Positions 39,493 to 48,498 of a DNA stretch of 64,000 nt are shown one piece after another. This stretch comes from Bacteroidota bacterium (GTDB taxonomy: Bacteria; Bacteroidota; Bacteroidia; AKYH767-A; OLB10). Within the stretch, counting starts at the first letter, position 1, and every line of letters begins with the position of its first letter. The translations under genes and the position numbers were made by a program. The stretch covers positions 222,258 through 286,257 of the forward strand of contig JADJMG010000007.1 of assembly GCA_016709725.1 (NCBI GenBank), read 5' to 3'. The notes beneath the pieces are model-generated. The model was not told where the DNA came from, made no database searches, and was given only the letters and a program-made list of their open reading frames with translations.

Positions 39493-41301
39493 ATGCTATT
39501 CGAGAGAGAATTACGGAAGGCCGTTAAGAATGCGTTAGTGCAATTGTATAAGGTGGAAATTACTTCCGACGAAATATCAATTCAACCAACTCGTAAAGAT
39601 TTTGAAGGAGATTTGACTGTTGTCGTTTTTAATCTCAGCAAACTGGCAGGTAAAAACCCAGAAACGCTCGGAAATGAATTGGGAGTATGGCTAGTAGGAA
39701 ACGAAAGGGAGGTTGAATCTTTTAACGTGGTAAAGGGTTTTTTAAATATCATCATTCAGAAGGAAGCATGGATGCGCATTTTTTCTGATGCATGTTTGGA
39801 TGCCGATTACTGGGTAAGTAAACCCGATCCGATGATGGCCAATCACCCCGTATTGGTAGAGTATAGCTCACCCAATACGAATAAACCATTGCATCTTGGA
39901 CATGTTCGTAATAATTTGTTGGGCTATAGTGTAGCAAATTTGTTGCAAGCGAGTGGTAACAAAGTGCAGAAAGTAAACTTAATTAACGACCGTGGAATTC
40001 ACATTTGTAAGTCGATGCTTGCCTGGATAAAGCAAGGAAATGGCGAAACACCGGAGAGTACCGGAATGAAGGGCGATCACTTAGTCGGCAAATATTATGT
40101 TGCTTTTGATTCTCTTTATAAAGCCGAAATTGAGTCGTTAGTGAAAAGCGGTTTAACAGAAGAGGAGGCTAAGAAAAAAGCACCCGTTATTTTGGAGGCA
40201 CAAGAAATGCTTCGGAAGTGGGAAGCCGGCGATGAGGAAACGGTAGCGCTGTGGAAGAAGATGAATGCATGGGTGTATGATGGATTCGACAAAAGCTATA
40301 AAATGCTCGGTGTCGATTTTGATAAATTCTATTATGAGTCGGAGATGTATTTGTTGGGAAAGGAAATTGTTCAACTTGGATTAGATCGTAACATTTTTTA
40401 TAAAAAGGAAGATGGATCGGTGTGGGTGGATTTAACAGAAGATGGACTCGATCATAAATTGTTGTTACGTAGCGATGGTACCAGTGTCTACATCACCCAA
40501 GATTTAGGAACTGCTAAAAAGAGATTTGATGATCAAAAATTTTCACGTTTGATTTATGTTGTCGGCAATGAACAAGATTATCATTTCAAAGTATTGAAAT
40601 TGATTTTGAAAAAAATGTCATTCGATTGGGCCGACAGTTTATATCATCTTTCATATAATATGGTCGATCTTCCTTCGGGAAAGATGAAGTCGAGAGAAGG
40701 GACTGTAGTGGATGCCGATGAATTGATGGAAAGTATGATTCATGAAGCAACCCGCATCACAAAGGAGTTGGGTAAGGTCGATGATTTTACAGAGCAAGAA
40801 GCGAATGAGTTGTATGAGATGATTGGCATGGGAGCCTTGAAATATTTTATTCTGAAAGTAGATCCCGAAAAGCGAATGTTATTCAATCCGGAAGAGTCCA
40901 TCGATTTCAATGGAAATACGGGACCTTTCATTCAATACACCTATGCGCGAATACGCTCTGTGATTCGGAAAGCAAATAAAACGGAATCTATAAGATTAGA
41001 AGAATCGTATTCATCTGCTGATTATATAGCCATGAATGAGAAGGAAAAAGAACTAGTAAAGCAAATGCTAAAATTCCCATTTGTATTAGGTGAAGCAGCT
41101 GAAAGATATAGTCCAGCAGTGATGGCGAATTATGTTTACGACTTGGCTAAAACCTTTAATCAGTTTTATCACGAATTTCCGATTGTAGATGAGTCTGCTA
41201 TTCCGACTTCAAAATTCCGGCTGCAGCTTTGTGATCAAACATCCAAAACCATTAAAAGAACAATGTCAATATTGGGTATTGGCGTCCCCGATAGAATGTA
41301 A
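39493..41301 (+). CDS. argS: Arginine--tRNA ligase
   Basis: 602 aa. Class I HIGH motif PNTNKPLHLGHVRNN, a DALR anticodon-binding C-terminal domain, and the terminal Met typical of ArgS. Confidence 0.95.
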   Translation: MLFERELRKAVKNALVQLYKVEITSDEISIQPTRKDFEGDLTVVVFNLSKLAGKNPETLGNELGVWLVGNEREVESFNVVKGFLNIIIQKEAWMRIFSDACLDADYWVSKPDPMMANHPVLVEYSSPNTNKPLHLGHVRNNLLGYSVANLLQASGNKVQKVNLINDRGIHICKSMLAWIKQGNGETPESTGMKGDHLVGKYYVAFDSLYKAEIESLVKSGLTEEEAKKKAPVILEAQEMLRKWEAGDEETVALWKKMNAWVYDGFDKSYKMLGVDFDKFYYESEMYLLGKEIVQLGLDRNIFYKKEDGSVWVDLTEDGLDHKLLLRSDGTSVYITQDLGTAKKRFDDQKFSRLIYVVGNEQDYHFKVLKLILKKMSFDWADSLYHLSYNMVDLPSGKMKSREGTVVDADELMESMIHEATRITKELGKVDDFTEQEANELYEMIGMGALKYFILKVDPEKRMLFNPEESIDFNGNTGPFIQYTYARIRSVIRKANKTESIRLEESYSSADYIAMNEKEKELVKQMLKFPFVLGEAAERYSPAVMANYVYDLAKTFNQFYHEFPIVDESAIPTSKFRLQLCDQTSKTIKRTMSILGIGVPDRM

Positions 41302-41304
41302 TGT

Positions 41305-41703
41305 ATGAGAAATAAAATTAGAATTGGTGTAATCGTAGGAGTTGTCGTGGCGGTAAATGCCTTGTTGATTTGTAATGTATCAGGAGTAATTTCAACCCAT
41401 AAGGAAGAAGTAAAATTGCCAAAGCTTGCCTTGACAACAGGTGATTTAGTTTTTCGTAATGGACATGGACTTATCAGTAGAATGTTTCAAAATTGCTCCT
41501 TAAAGGAAAAAAAATATGGACATACTGGCATTGTGATGATCAAGGATAATATTCCTTTTGTAGCACACGTGCAACAAGATCGTCCAGGTCCAGCTCGGAT
41601 TGTAGAGCAGTTGAGTCAATTCTGGAATAAATCGATTTGCAATGAAGGAGCGGTTTATCGTTTAGACTTAAATACCTCTCAAAAGAAAATTTTGCATCAT
41701 TGA
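41305..41703 (+). CDS. YiiX-like permuted papain-fold protein, N-terminal fragment. Separated from ORF 41700-41927 by a 1-bp A/T-run indel.
   Basis: It has a signal/TM N-terminus. Inserting one A near 41681-41690 gives ...TSQKKNFASLIQLNLKK..., continuous with the next ORF, which carries the ...HSHVYCSEWI... Cys motif. Confidence 0.45.
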   Translation: MRNKIRIGVIVGVVVAVNALLICNVSGVISTHKEEVKLPKLALTTGDLVFRNGHGLISRMFQNCSLKEKKYGHTGIVMIKDNIPFVAHVQQDRPGPARIVEQLSQFWNKSICNEGAVYRLDLNTSQKKILHH

Positions 41704-41927
41704 TCCAACTAAATCTTAAAAAGAATTTATTGTTTGATGCAAAATTTGATATGGACGAACACAGTCATGTTTATTGCAGCGAATGGATTCGTGATTTAGT
41801 CGTTGAATCCACAGGCGACTCTAGCTATTTTCCAATTTCCAGCGCTGGAGATTTCAAATACATTGCCCCTGATAATTTATATTTAAATGAACATGCTCAA
41901 TTGATTTATAACTATAACAAAGAATGA
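41700..41927 (+). CDS. YiiX-like protein, C-terminal fragment
   Basis: 75 aa from a TTG start. The frame is open upstream back to 41646. Contains HVYCSEW. Confidence 0.4.
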   Translation: MIQLNLKKNLLFDAKFDMDEHSHVYCSEWIRDLVVESTGDSSYFPISSAGDFKYIAPDNLYLNEHAQLIYNYNKE

Positions 41928-42325
41928 AACACGTCCTTTATTTTCTTTCGATCCTCTTCTTTTTAACCCTAACCTCTTGTAAAAAAGATCAAGGACCAAT
42001 TCCTGTTGCAGAACAGTTTTTAGAGGCTATTCAGGAGCATGATTACGATAAAGCGGCTGAGTTTGGAACCAAAGAAACCAATAAATTATTAAAACAATTT
42101 AAGAAGATTGAAGAACTGAATGGGAGTGAGGCAACTGAAAAGTTAAATAAAATCACCATTCTTTCTGAAGATATTCAAGGTAAGAAAGCCATGGTTTATT
42201 TTAAGGAAGAAGGCAATGAAAATGAACAGAAAATTACACTTGAAAAAGTGGATATGGATGGAGAGAAAGTTTGGAAGGTTGCTATGAAGAAAGAAGAAAT
42301 AAACGTGATCGGCGATCAAGAATAG
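41924..42325 (+). CDS. Hypothetical lipoprotein (DUF4878-like)
   Basis: 133 aa. Lipoprotein signal LTLTSCKK. Overlaps the upstream gene by 4 bp. Confidence 0.5.
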   Translation: MKHVLYFLSILFFLTLTSCKKDQGPIPVAEQFLEAIQEHDYDKAAEFGTKETNKLLKQFKKIEELNGSEATEKLNKITILSEDIQGKKAMVYFKEEGNENEQKITLEKVDMDGEKVWKVAMKKEEINVIGDQE

Positions 42326-42372
42326 TCAATTACCCATTATTAAGTTTCTGATTTTTTTGTACCTTTAGCGTT

Positions 42373-42864
42373 ATGTTAATTTCATTCGATACCCTCCCTA
42401 AAAATGCAAGAATCTGGATTTTCCCAAGTTCTCGATTATTAAGCGCTTCCGAAGTTCTAAAGATAGAAGAGCATTGTTCGGCATTTTTACAGTCGTGGAC
42501 AGCCCATAAAATGGATTTAGATGCTGCCTTCAAAATAATTGATCATGCCTTTTTAGTCATAAGTGTTGATGAGAAAAATACGGGGGCTAGTGGTTGTTCA
42601 CTCGATAAATTGCATCAGTTTGTAAAGGAATTAGGAGCGGAGTTATCATTGAGTTTTCTAGAAAGACTTAACGTTACTTTTTTACAAGAGAATGGTGAAA
42701 CCCGAATTTTGCCTTTGAAAGAAATAGAACAGAAAATTCAACATGCAGAAATCAATGCCAGTACAAAAGTGTATGACATTACGTTGTTGAGTGTAGAAGA
42801 ACTATCTTCTAAATTCAAAGTGCCCTTGAGCACCACTTGGTTGAATAGATATTTAATGAATTAA
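42373..42864 (+). CDS. Hypothetical protein
   Basis: 163-aa ORF with protein-like composition. I do not recognise a family. Confidence 0.4.
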   Translation: MLISFDTLPKNARIWIFPSSRLLSASEVLKIEEHCSAFLQSWTAHKMDLDAAFKIIDHAFLVISVDEKNTGASGCSLDKLHQFVKELGAELSLSFLERLNVTFLQENGETRILPLKEIEQKIQHAEINASTKVYDITLLSVEELSSKFKVPLSTTWLNRYLMN

Positions 42865-43006
42865 AGATGTACCCTTTCTCCAAAATATATGAAATTCCAT
42901 GGGTCAAAATGGGAATCAAGCTTTTGATATTGGGGTTATTGTTTTATGGGATATGGAAGGGTTTTCAAGCGTATTTGGCTTGGCATTTTGAGCAGCCGAT
43001 ACATTA

Positions 43007-43160
43007 ATTAAGAATTCAGAATTCAGAATTCAGAATTGGTTTAGATTAGTAGATTAAAACAATCATTTCGCTTCGAAACACATTAAAAAATTCTGATCTT
43101 ACTTACAGCAAAATGGTGCAGAATTCAGAATTGGTTTAGATTAGTAGATCAATATAAATA
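43007..43160. repeat. Low-complexity repeat region: (GAATTCA)x4 microsatellite plus two copies of a ~31-bp unit cagaattcagaattggtttagattagtagat spaced ~108 bp apart
   Basis: Direct inspection. Lies in the convergent intergenic region between 42864 and 43354. Confidence 0.7.
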
Positions 43161-43353
43161 TTCTACTTCGAAACAAGAAAAAAAATTAAACCTCTCTGCA
43201 GTTCATAATTCTGCATTCTTGATTTTGATCCCGATTACTATCGTGAATTTATCTCCCGCGTAGACGCCATAGATTTTTCAAAATGGCAAAAATGTTTTCA
43301 TTGGGTGCTATTCTAATTCTTATCGCGAAGCCTCGCGACTGAATTCTTAATTC

Positions 43354-44076
43354 TTAATTGGATTTCTTCCTCACTCTCATATTCAACAATTCAACGAGTA
43401 GAGAGAATGCCATTGCGAAATAAACATATCCCTTGGGTACTTCAATATGAAAGGCTTCTACCGTTAACATAAATCCAATCATCAAAAGGAAAGAAAGTGC
43501 CAACATTTTAATGGTTGGATGATTATTTACAAAATCCGAAACGGATTTCGCAGCAGCCATCATCACCAACATGGATATTATCACGGCAATAATCATAATA
43601 CTTACATGATCTACTAATCCTACTGCAGTAAGAATTGAATCAAATGAGAAAATAATATCTAATCCAATAATTTGAAGAATGGCAGAATTCATTGTTAGTT
43701 TTTTTAGACTTTCCTTTGTATGATGTTCTTCATCACTAACTTTTCCATGAATTTCGGTAGTGCTTTTTGCCATAAGAAATAACCCACCAATGAGTAATAC
43801 AATATCTCGACCGCTAAATCCTTGGTCCATGATGGTAAAGAATGGTTCTTTTAATCCTACAATCCAGGAAATACTGAAGAGTAATAAAATTCGAATTCCT
43901 AATGCTAAAATAAGTCCAACTCGTCTGGCTTTTTCTTGTTGATTTTTAGGTAGTTTTCCTGCCAAAATAGAAATGAAAATGATATTGTCAATTCCTAATA
44001 CGATTTCCATAACAATCAGGGTAAAAAGTCCAATAAGGCCGTCAACACTAAAGATAAGAGATAATTCTTCTTGCAT
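43354..44076 (-). CDS. TerC-family integral membrane protein
   Basis: 240 aa, about 7 TM segments. LGIDNIIFISILAGKLP and the duplicated TerC core. Confidence 0.85.
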   Translation of the reverse strand: MQEELSLIFSVDGLIGLFTLIVMEIVLGIDNIIFISILAGKLPKNQQEKARRVGLILALGIRILLLFSISWIVGLKEPFFTIMDQGFSGRDIVLLIGGLFLMAKSTTEIHGKVSDEEHHTKESLKKLTMNSAILQIIGLDIIFSFDSILTAVGLVDHVSIMIIAVIISMLVMMAAAKSVSDFVNNHPTIKMLALSFLLMIGFMLTVEAFHIEVPKGYVYFAMAFSLLVELLNMRVRKKSN

Positions 44077-44190
44077 GATACAATTTTAGAGAGTTCAAAG
44101 ATAGATATTTCCCTTTAGGAGTCCATTAATTGACGTTTAGAATTGATCGAAAAGCCTTTTGATAGTTTGAAATTGGGGATTTGCCGTTAA

Positions 44191-44730
44191 TGAAAGCAAG
44201 CTTTCAACACTGCATAAATTTACGGAGTGGCCCAGATTGGCTCCGCCGATCTGGAGAGGGGGGTGATCTAATCAAAACAAAAAGAGGAATTGCATTCCTT
44301 TTTTTCAATGTATGACCGCTTATGAAAGCAAGCTTTCAACACTGCATAAATTTACGGAGTGGCCCAGATTGGCTCCGCCGATCTGGAGAGGGGGGTGATC
44401 TAATCAAAACAAAAAGAGGAATTACATTCCTTTTTTTCAATGTATGACCGCTTATGAAAGCAAGCTTTCAACACTGCATAAATTTGCGGGGGCCGTTGGC
44501 TCCGCCGTCTGGAGGGGTATCTAATCAAACAAAAAGAGAATTGCTTCCTTTTTCATTATGACCGCTTATGAAAGCAAGCTTTGAACACTGCATAAATTTA
44601 CGGAGTGGCCCAGATTGGCTCCGCCGATCTGGAGAGGGGGGTTATCTAATCAAAACAAAAAGAGGAATTACATTCCTTTTTTTCAATGTATGACCGCTTA
44701 TGAAAGCAAGCTTTCAACAAAGTATAAATT
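44191..44730. repeat. Tandem array of ~4.5 units of a ~113-132-bp repeat, in the downstream flank of tRNA-Pro
   Basis: Units begin at 44191, 44323, 44455 and 44568, with a partial unit at 44701. Units 1, 2 and 4 are more than 95% identical; unit 3 is shorter and degenerate. Each unit has the hairpin ccagat-tggctccgcc-gatctgg and the terminator-like hairpin aggaattgcattcct flanked by A- and T-runs. On the minus strand each unit carries CCAATCTGGGCCACTCCG, which resembles the tRNA-Pro 3' end CAAATCTGGCCACCCCG. Confidence 0.85.
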
Positions 44731-44760
44731 GAAAAAAGGATCGGCAAGCCGATCCCTTTT
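44731..44760 (-). terminator. Bidirectional Rho-independent terminator immediately downstream of tRNA-Pro
   Basis: aaaaaaggatcggcaagccgatccctttttg. Confidence 0.65.
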
Positions 44761-44773
44761 TGTTTTGTATTAG

Positions 44774-44847
44774 TCGGGGTGGCCAGATTTGAACTGACGA
44801 CCTCCAGCACCCCATGCTGGCGCGATACCGGGCTACGCTACACCCCG
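44774..44847 (-). tRNA. tRNA-Pro (anticodon GGG)
   Basis: The reverse complement folds as a cloverleaf: acceptor CGGGGTG/CACCCCG, anticodon stem CCAGC/GCTGG with loop ATGGGGT, T-arm GTCAG-TTCAAAT-CTGGC, discriminator A. Confidence 0.85.
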
Positions 44848-45001
44848 AAAAACGATGGTGCAAAAATACATAACTTAAGGATTTGGGACAAATTTTTAAA
44901 ATTCGCTTCAGACTGAAAATAAAACATTTTAGATGATGAAACGTTGTTGTTCATCAGCGAATTCCCATGATCCCATCTAAACTGCTTACTTTTGCATCCT
45001 T

Positions 45002-46951
45002 ATGAAATATTATCTCCTCTTAGCCATTGGGCTATTTCTATTTTCCGCTTCTGTTTCTGCCCAGGAAAACCAAAAAAAAGTCACCGTTTCAGGATATATT
45101 AAGGATTCCACTTCAGGTGAAGCACTCATTGGTGCAGCAATTTATATCAAAGAACTGCAAAAAGGGACTAACGCTAATGCTTATGGCTTTTTTTCATTGA
45201 CACTGAATCCCGGAAAGTATACTTTTATTGTTAATTATATTGGATATAGGGAGCAAGTGTTGGAAGTCGAATTATCTGCTGATAAAAAATTGGATGTTGA
45301 TCTTTTGCCCAATGGAATTGAGAAGAAAGAGGTGGTGATCGTTGCCGAAAGAAAGGATAAGAATGTTCAAAGTACCGATATGGGTAGAGTGGAGCTCGAA
45401 GTGGATAAAATTAAAAGTTTACCCGCCTTGCTCGGTGAAGTAGACATCTTAAAAACACTTCAACTTCTTCCGGGCGTTCAAAATGCAGGCGAAGGTAACT
45501 CAGGTTTCTATGTACGCGGAGGTGGCCCCGATCAGAATTTGATTTTGTTGGATGAAGGTGTTGTTTATAATGCATCTCATCTTTTTGGATTTTTCTCGGT
45601 GTTTAATCCTGATGCTGTAAAAAATGTTACGCTAATTAAAGGTGGAATGCCAGCTCAATACGGGGGACGTCTAGCTTCAGTAGTCGATATTTCAATGAAG
45701 GATGGAAACCAAAAGAAGTTCAAAGCCTCAGGTGGTTTAGGTTATATCGCTTCTCGATTAACGTTGGAAGGACCCATTGTAAAGGATAAAAGTTCGTTTA
45801 TGATTAGTGGTAGAAGAACGTTTATCGATTTATTTTTGCGTGAGCCTTTTATTAAATCTGATTCCAGAATTGCAGGAAACTCGTATTATTTTTATGATCT
45901 GAATGCTAAAATAAATTACACCTTATCACCGAAGGATCGTCTCTTCTTAAGTGGATATTTTGGTCGAGATGTGTTTAATTTCAAAAGCTCCGATACTGGT
46001 TTTAAAGTAAGAATCCCTTGGGGAAATGCAACTACATCATTGCGTTGGAATCATCTTTTCAATGATCAATTGTTTATGAATACATCGCTTATTTTTAACG
46101 ATTATAAATTTGAATTTGGTGCGTCACAGCAGGAATTTGATTTTAAAATATTTTCTGGAATTCGTGATTATAATGCTAAGATTGATCTAAATTGGTTTCC
46201 GAATATTTTACATAATGTTAAGTTCGGAGGAAATTATATTTATCATCGTTTCACACCTACCAATGCTTATGCTCGATCTGGCGATGTCGTTTTTGATTTG
46301 GGAAAAGTTACTCGATTCTACGCACACGATGCCTCTTTTTATGTGAATGATGAATGGGATGTCACTGAAAAATTCAGAGTGAATGCTGGCGTGCGGGTTT
46401 CGTATTTTGCACATATTGGACCTTTTTCGCGCTACGTGGAAGATCCTTCTTTCCCAGGTAAATTTTTAGATACAATTGATTATGCTCAAGGAAAAAAAGT
46501 GGCGGATTATCTGAATGCAGAACCACGATTTAGCATGCGCTATGAGTTGAATAAATCTTCCTCTGTAAAAGCATCCTTCACACAAAATTATCAGTATATC
46601 CACATCGCTTCTTTTGGTTCGGTGAGTTTGCCTACTGATGTTTGGGTGCCCAGTACCGATAAAGTAAAACCTCAGTTTGGTACTCAATATTCGTTAGGGT
46701 ATTTTAAAAATCTAAAGGATAATATGTACGAAACTTCGGTGGAAGTGTACTACAAGGAAATGAAGAATCAGATCGATTACGAAGAAGGTGCTACACCCGA
46801 TGGAGATGTACGAAATAATCCGGATAATAATTTTGTGTTCGGTAAGGGTTGGAGTTATGGAGCCGAATTTTTTGTGAAAAAGTCGATGGGGAAATTGAAT
46901 GGTTGGATTGGATATACTTTATCTTACACAAAAGAAAATTCCCCGACTTAA
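45002..46951 (+). CDS. TonB-dependent receptor (CarboxypepD_reg-like N-terminal domain, plug, beta-barrel), fragment 1 of 3
   Basis: Signal peptide. VSGYIKDSTSGEALIGAAIYI is the CarbopepD_reg domain. Plug motifs follow. The fragment ends inside the barrel at ...GYTLSYTKENSPT*. Adding one A to the run at ~46930 restores ...TKRKFPDLNQGRTF.... Confidence 0.8.
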   Translation: MKYYLLLAIGLFLFSASVSAQENQKKVTVSGYIKDSTSGEALIGAAIYIKELQKGTNANAYGFFSLTLNPGKYTFIVNYIGYREQVLEVELSADKKLDVDLLPNGIEKKEVVIVAERKDKNVQSTDMGRVELEVDKIKSLPALLGEVDILKTLQLLPGVQNAGEGNSGFYVRGGGPDQNLILLDEGVVYNASHLFGFFSVFNPDAVKNVTLIKGGMPAQYGGRLASVVDISMKDGNQKKFKASGGLGYIASRLTLEGPIVKDKSSFMISGRRTFIDLFLREPFIKSDSRIAGNSYYFYDLNAKINYTLSPKDRLFLSGYFGRDVFNFKSSDTGFKVRIPWGNATTSLRWNHLFNDQLFMNTSLIFNDYKFEFGASQQEFDFKIFSGIRDYNAKIDLNWFPNILHNVKFGGNYIYHRFTPTNAYARSGDVVFDLGKVTRFYAHDASFYVNDEWDVTEKFRVNAGVRVSYFAHIGPFSRYVEDPSFPGKFLDTIDYAQGKKVADYLNAEPRFSMRYELNKSSSVKASFTQNYQYIHIASFGSVSLPTDVWVPSTDKVKPQFGTQYSLGYFKNLKDNMYETSVEVYYKEMKNQIDYEEGATPDGDVRNNPDNNFVFGKGWSYGAEFFVKKSMGKLNGWIGYTLSYTKENSPT

Positions 46952-47046
46952 ACCAAGGACGAACATTTTCTGCTAAATACGATCGACGTCATGATGCATC
47001 ATTGGTAGTGGTGTATGATCACAGTAAAAATGGACATTCGGCTTAA
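46849..47046 (+). CDS. TonB-dependent receptor, fragment 2 of 3 (the ORF-table start is artifactual; the true frame enters at ~46935)
   Basis: Contains KFPDLNQGRTFSAKYDRRHDASLVVVYDHSK, a barrel strand region. A second A-run indel at 47026-47030 restores ...HSKKWTFGLTWVYATGDA.... Confidence 0.55.
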   Translation: MELWSRIFCEKVDGEIEWLDWIYFILHKRKFPDLNQGRTFSAKYDRRHDASLVVVYDHSKNGHSA

Positions 47047-47051
47047 CTTGG

Positions 47052-47432
47052 GTGTATGCTACCGGTGATGCCTTAACGTTGCCTGCCGAAAGGTATTTCA
47101 TGTCGGCCGGACCACCAGTCAACATCGATCAAAATGGACAGGTAGGTGTAAATAATAATTTTTACATCTTAAGTGGATTCGATAAACGAAATGATTACAG
47201 GCAGAAAGCATTTCATCGTTTGGATATTTCTGCAACTTTGCGCAGCCAAAAACAAAGAAATTACGAGACAGAATGGGTGTTTGCCGTATATAATTTCTAC
47301 GGTCGACAAAATCCATACTTCATCTATTTCGATGTGCAAGGAAATAGTCAAGATGGAAATCAAAAAGTACAAGCAAAACAAGTATCACTGTTCAGTGTGA
47401 TTCCATCCGTTACTTACAATTTTAAATTTTAA
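47052..47432 (+). CDS. TonB-dependent receptor, fragment 3 of 3 (C-terminal barrel strands)
   Basis: Ends ...VTYNFKF with the terminal aromatic Phe typical of OM beta-barrels. Confidence 0.7.
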   Translation: MYATGDALTLPAERYFMSAGPPVNIDQNGQVGVNNNFYILSGFDKRNDYRQKAFHRLDISATLRSQKQRNYETEWVFAVYNFYGRQNPYFIYFDVQGNSQDGNQKVQAKQVSLFSVIPSVTYNFKF

Positions 47433-47434
47433 AG

Positions 47435-48328
47435 ATGAAAAAATATTTTATTTTAATAATCGCAAGCCTCGCTATGATCAGTTCATGCGAGAAAAATATT
47501 GATTTAGATTTACCACCCATCGACCAAAAAGTAGTGGTAGAAGGTTATGTAGAAAATGGCTTGCCTCCCTATGTAATTCTCAGTAAAACTGAACCCTATT
47601 TTGATCCCATCGGACAAAATACTATTAATAATTTACCGGTTCGTGGTGCATTGGTTTACATCAGCAATGGAATAGATACAGTTCAATTAACAGAGTTAGA
47701 TACTTCCATTAATGGAGTTTCTTTAGGTGGCTTTTATGTAGCACTCGACTCTATAACTTTTCTTCCAAGCATGATTGGAACGCCGGGTACGACATATTCC
47801 TTAAATATAATTACAGCAGCCGGCGAACAATTAAGTTCAATAGCTAAATTACCTATGCCAATTCCTCTGGACAGTACGTGGTTTAAGGTACAAGAAGATT
47901 TGGATAGTCTTGGATGGGCATGGGCAAAGTTATCTGATCCAGATACCTTAGGTAATGCATACCGATGGTTTGCTAAGCGATTAAACAAAGATGATTTTTT
48001 CATTGCTCCGATCGGATCTGTTTTTGAAGATCGATTTATCAATGGAAGATCGTTTAACTTTCCCTATAACCGTGGAACCATTCAGAATTCCGAAGCAGAG
48101 GAAGATAATAATGAAGAAGCCGATTATTATAAAAAGGGTGATACCATCGTTGTAAAATTCTGTACCATCGATTTTGCAACGTATGAATTTTGGAGAGATG
48201 CCGAGAATCAAGTTTCAAGTAATGGAAGTCCTTTTGCAGTTCCTTCGAATGTAAAATCAAACATATCAGGTGGAAGGGGATTGTTTGCAACATACACGGC
48301 GAGTTTCGATACCATTATCGCTAATTAA
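47435..48328 (+). CDS. DUF4249-like lipoprotein (the usual partner of CarboxypepD_reg-type TonB-dependent receptors in Bacteroidetes)
   Basis: 297 aa. Lipoprotein signal IASLAMISSCE. Starts 3 bp after the receptor stop. Confidence 0.55.
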   Translation: MKKYFILIIASLAMISSCEKNIDLDLPPIDQKVVVEGYVENGLPPYVILSKTEPYFDPIGQNTINNLPVRGALVYISNGIDTVQLTELDTSINGVSLGGFYVALDSITFLPSMIGTPGTTYSLNIITAAGEQLSSIAKLPMPIPLDSTWFKVQEDLDSLGWAWAKLSDPDTLGNAYRWFAKRLNKDDFFIAPIGSVFEDRFINGRSFNFPYNRGTIQNSEAEEDNNEEADYYKKGDTIVVKFCTIDFATYEFWRDAENQVSSNGSPFAVPSNVKSNISGGRGLFATYTASFDTIIAN

Positions 48329-48498
48329 TTAAAATAGCTTCCTTTTTTATTGAAGTCGAAGTCCTATTTCTATAGATGGGTGGAGTGTGGTTTCTAGAAT
48401 TTAATCAAGTTATGTGAATCAAGTCTCAATTAATTAATTGAAAGTGATGGACTTGCATTTTGTAGCCTGTATAACTTCTATTAATATATTTCCTAGTT

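Noticed and set aside
44077-44190. yybP-ykoY (Mn2+) riboswitch upstream of the TerC-family gene
   Set aside because: TerC/YkoY genes often carry this riboswitch, so I looked for it. The minus-strand leader lacks the conserved GGGGAGUAG and paired L1/L3 motifs. The only AGAGAG-like stretch is on the wrong strand.
44191-44730. CRISPR array interpretation of the tandem repeats
   Set aside because: The units are ~130 bp with no unique spacers, and adjacent units are near-identical throughout. There is no leader or cas gene. This is a tandem duplication, not repeat-spacer architecture.
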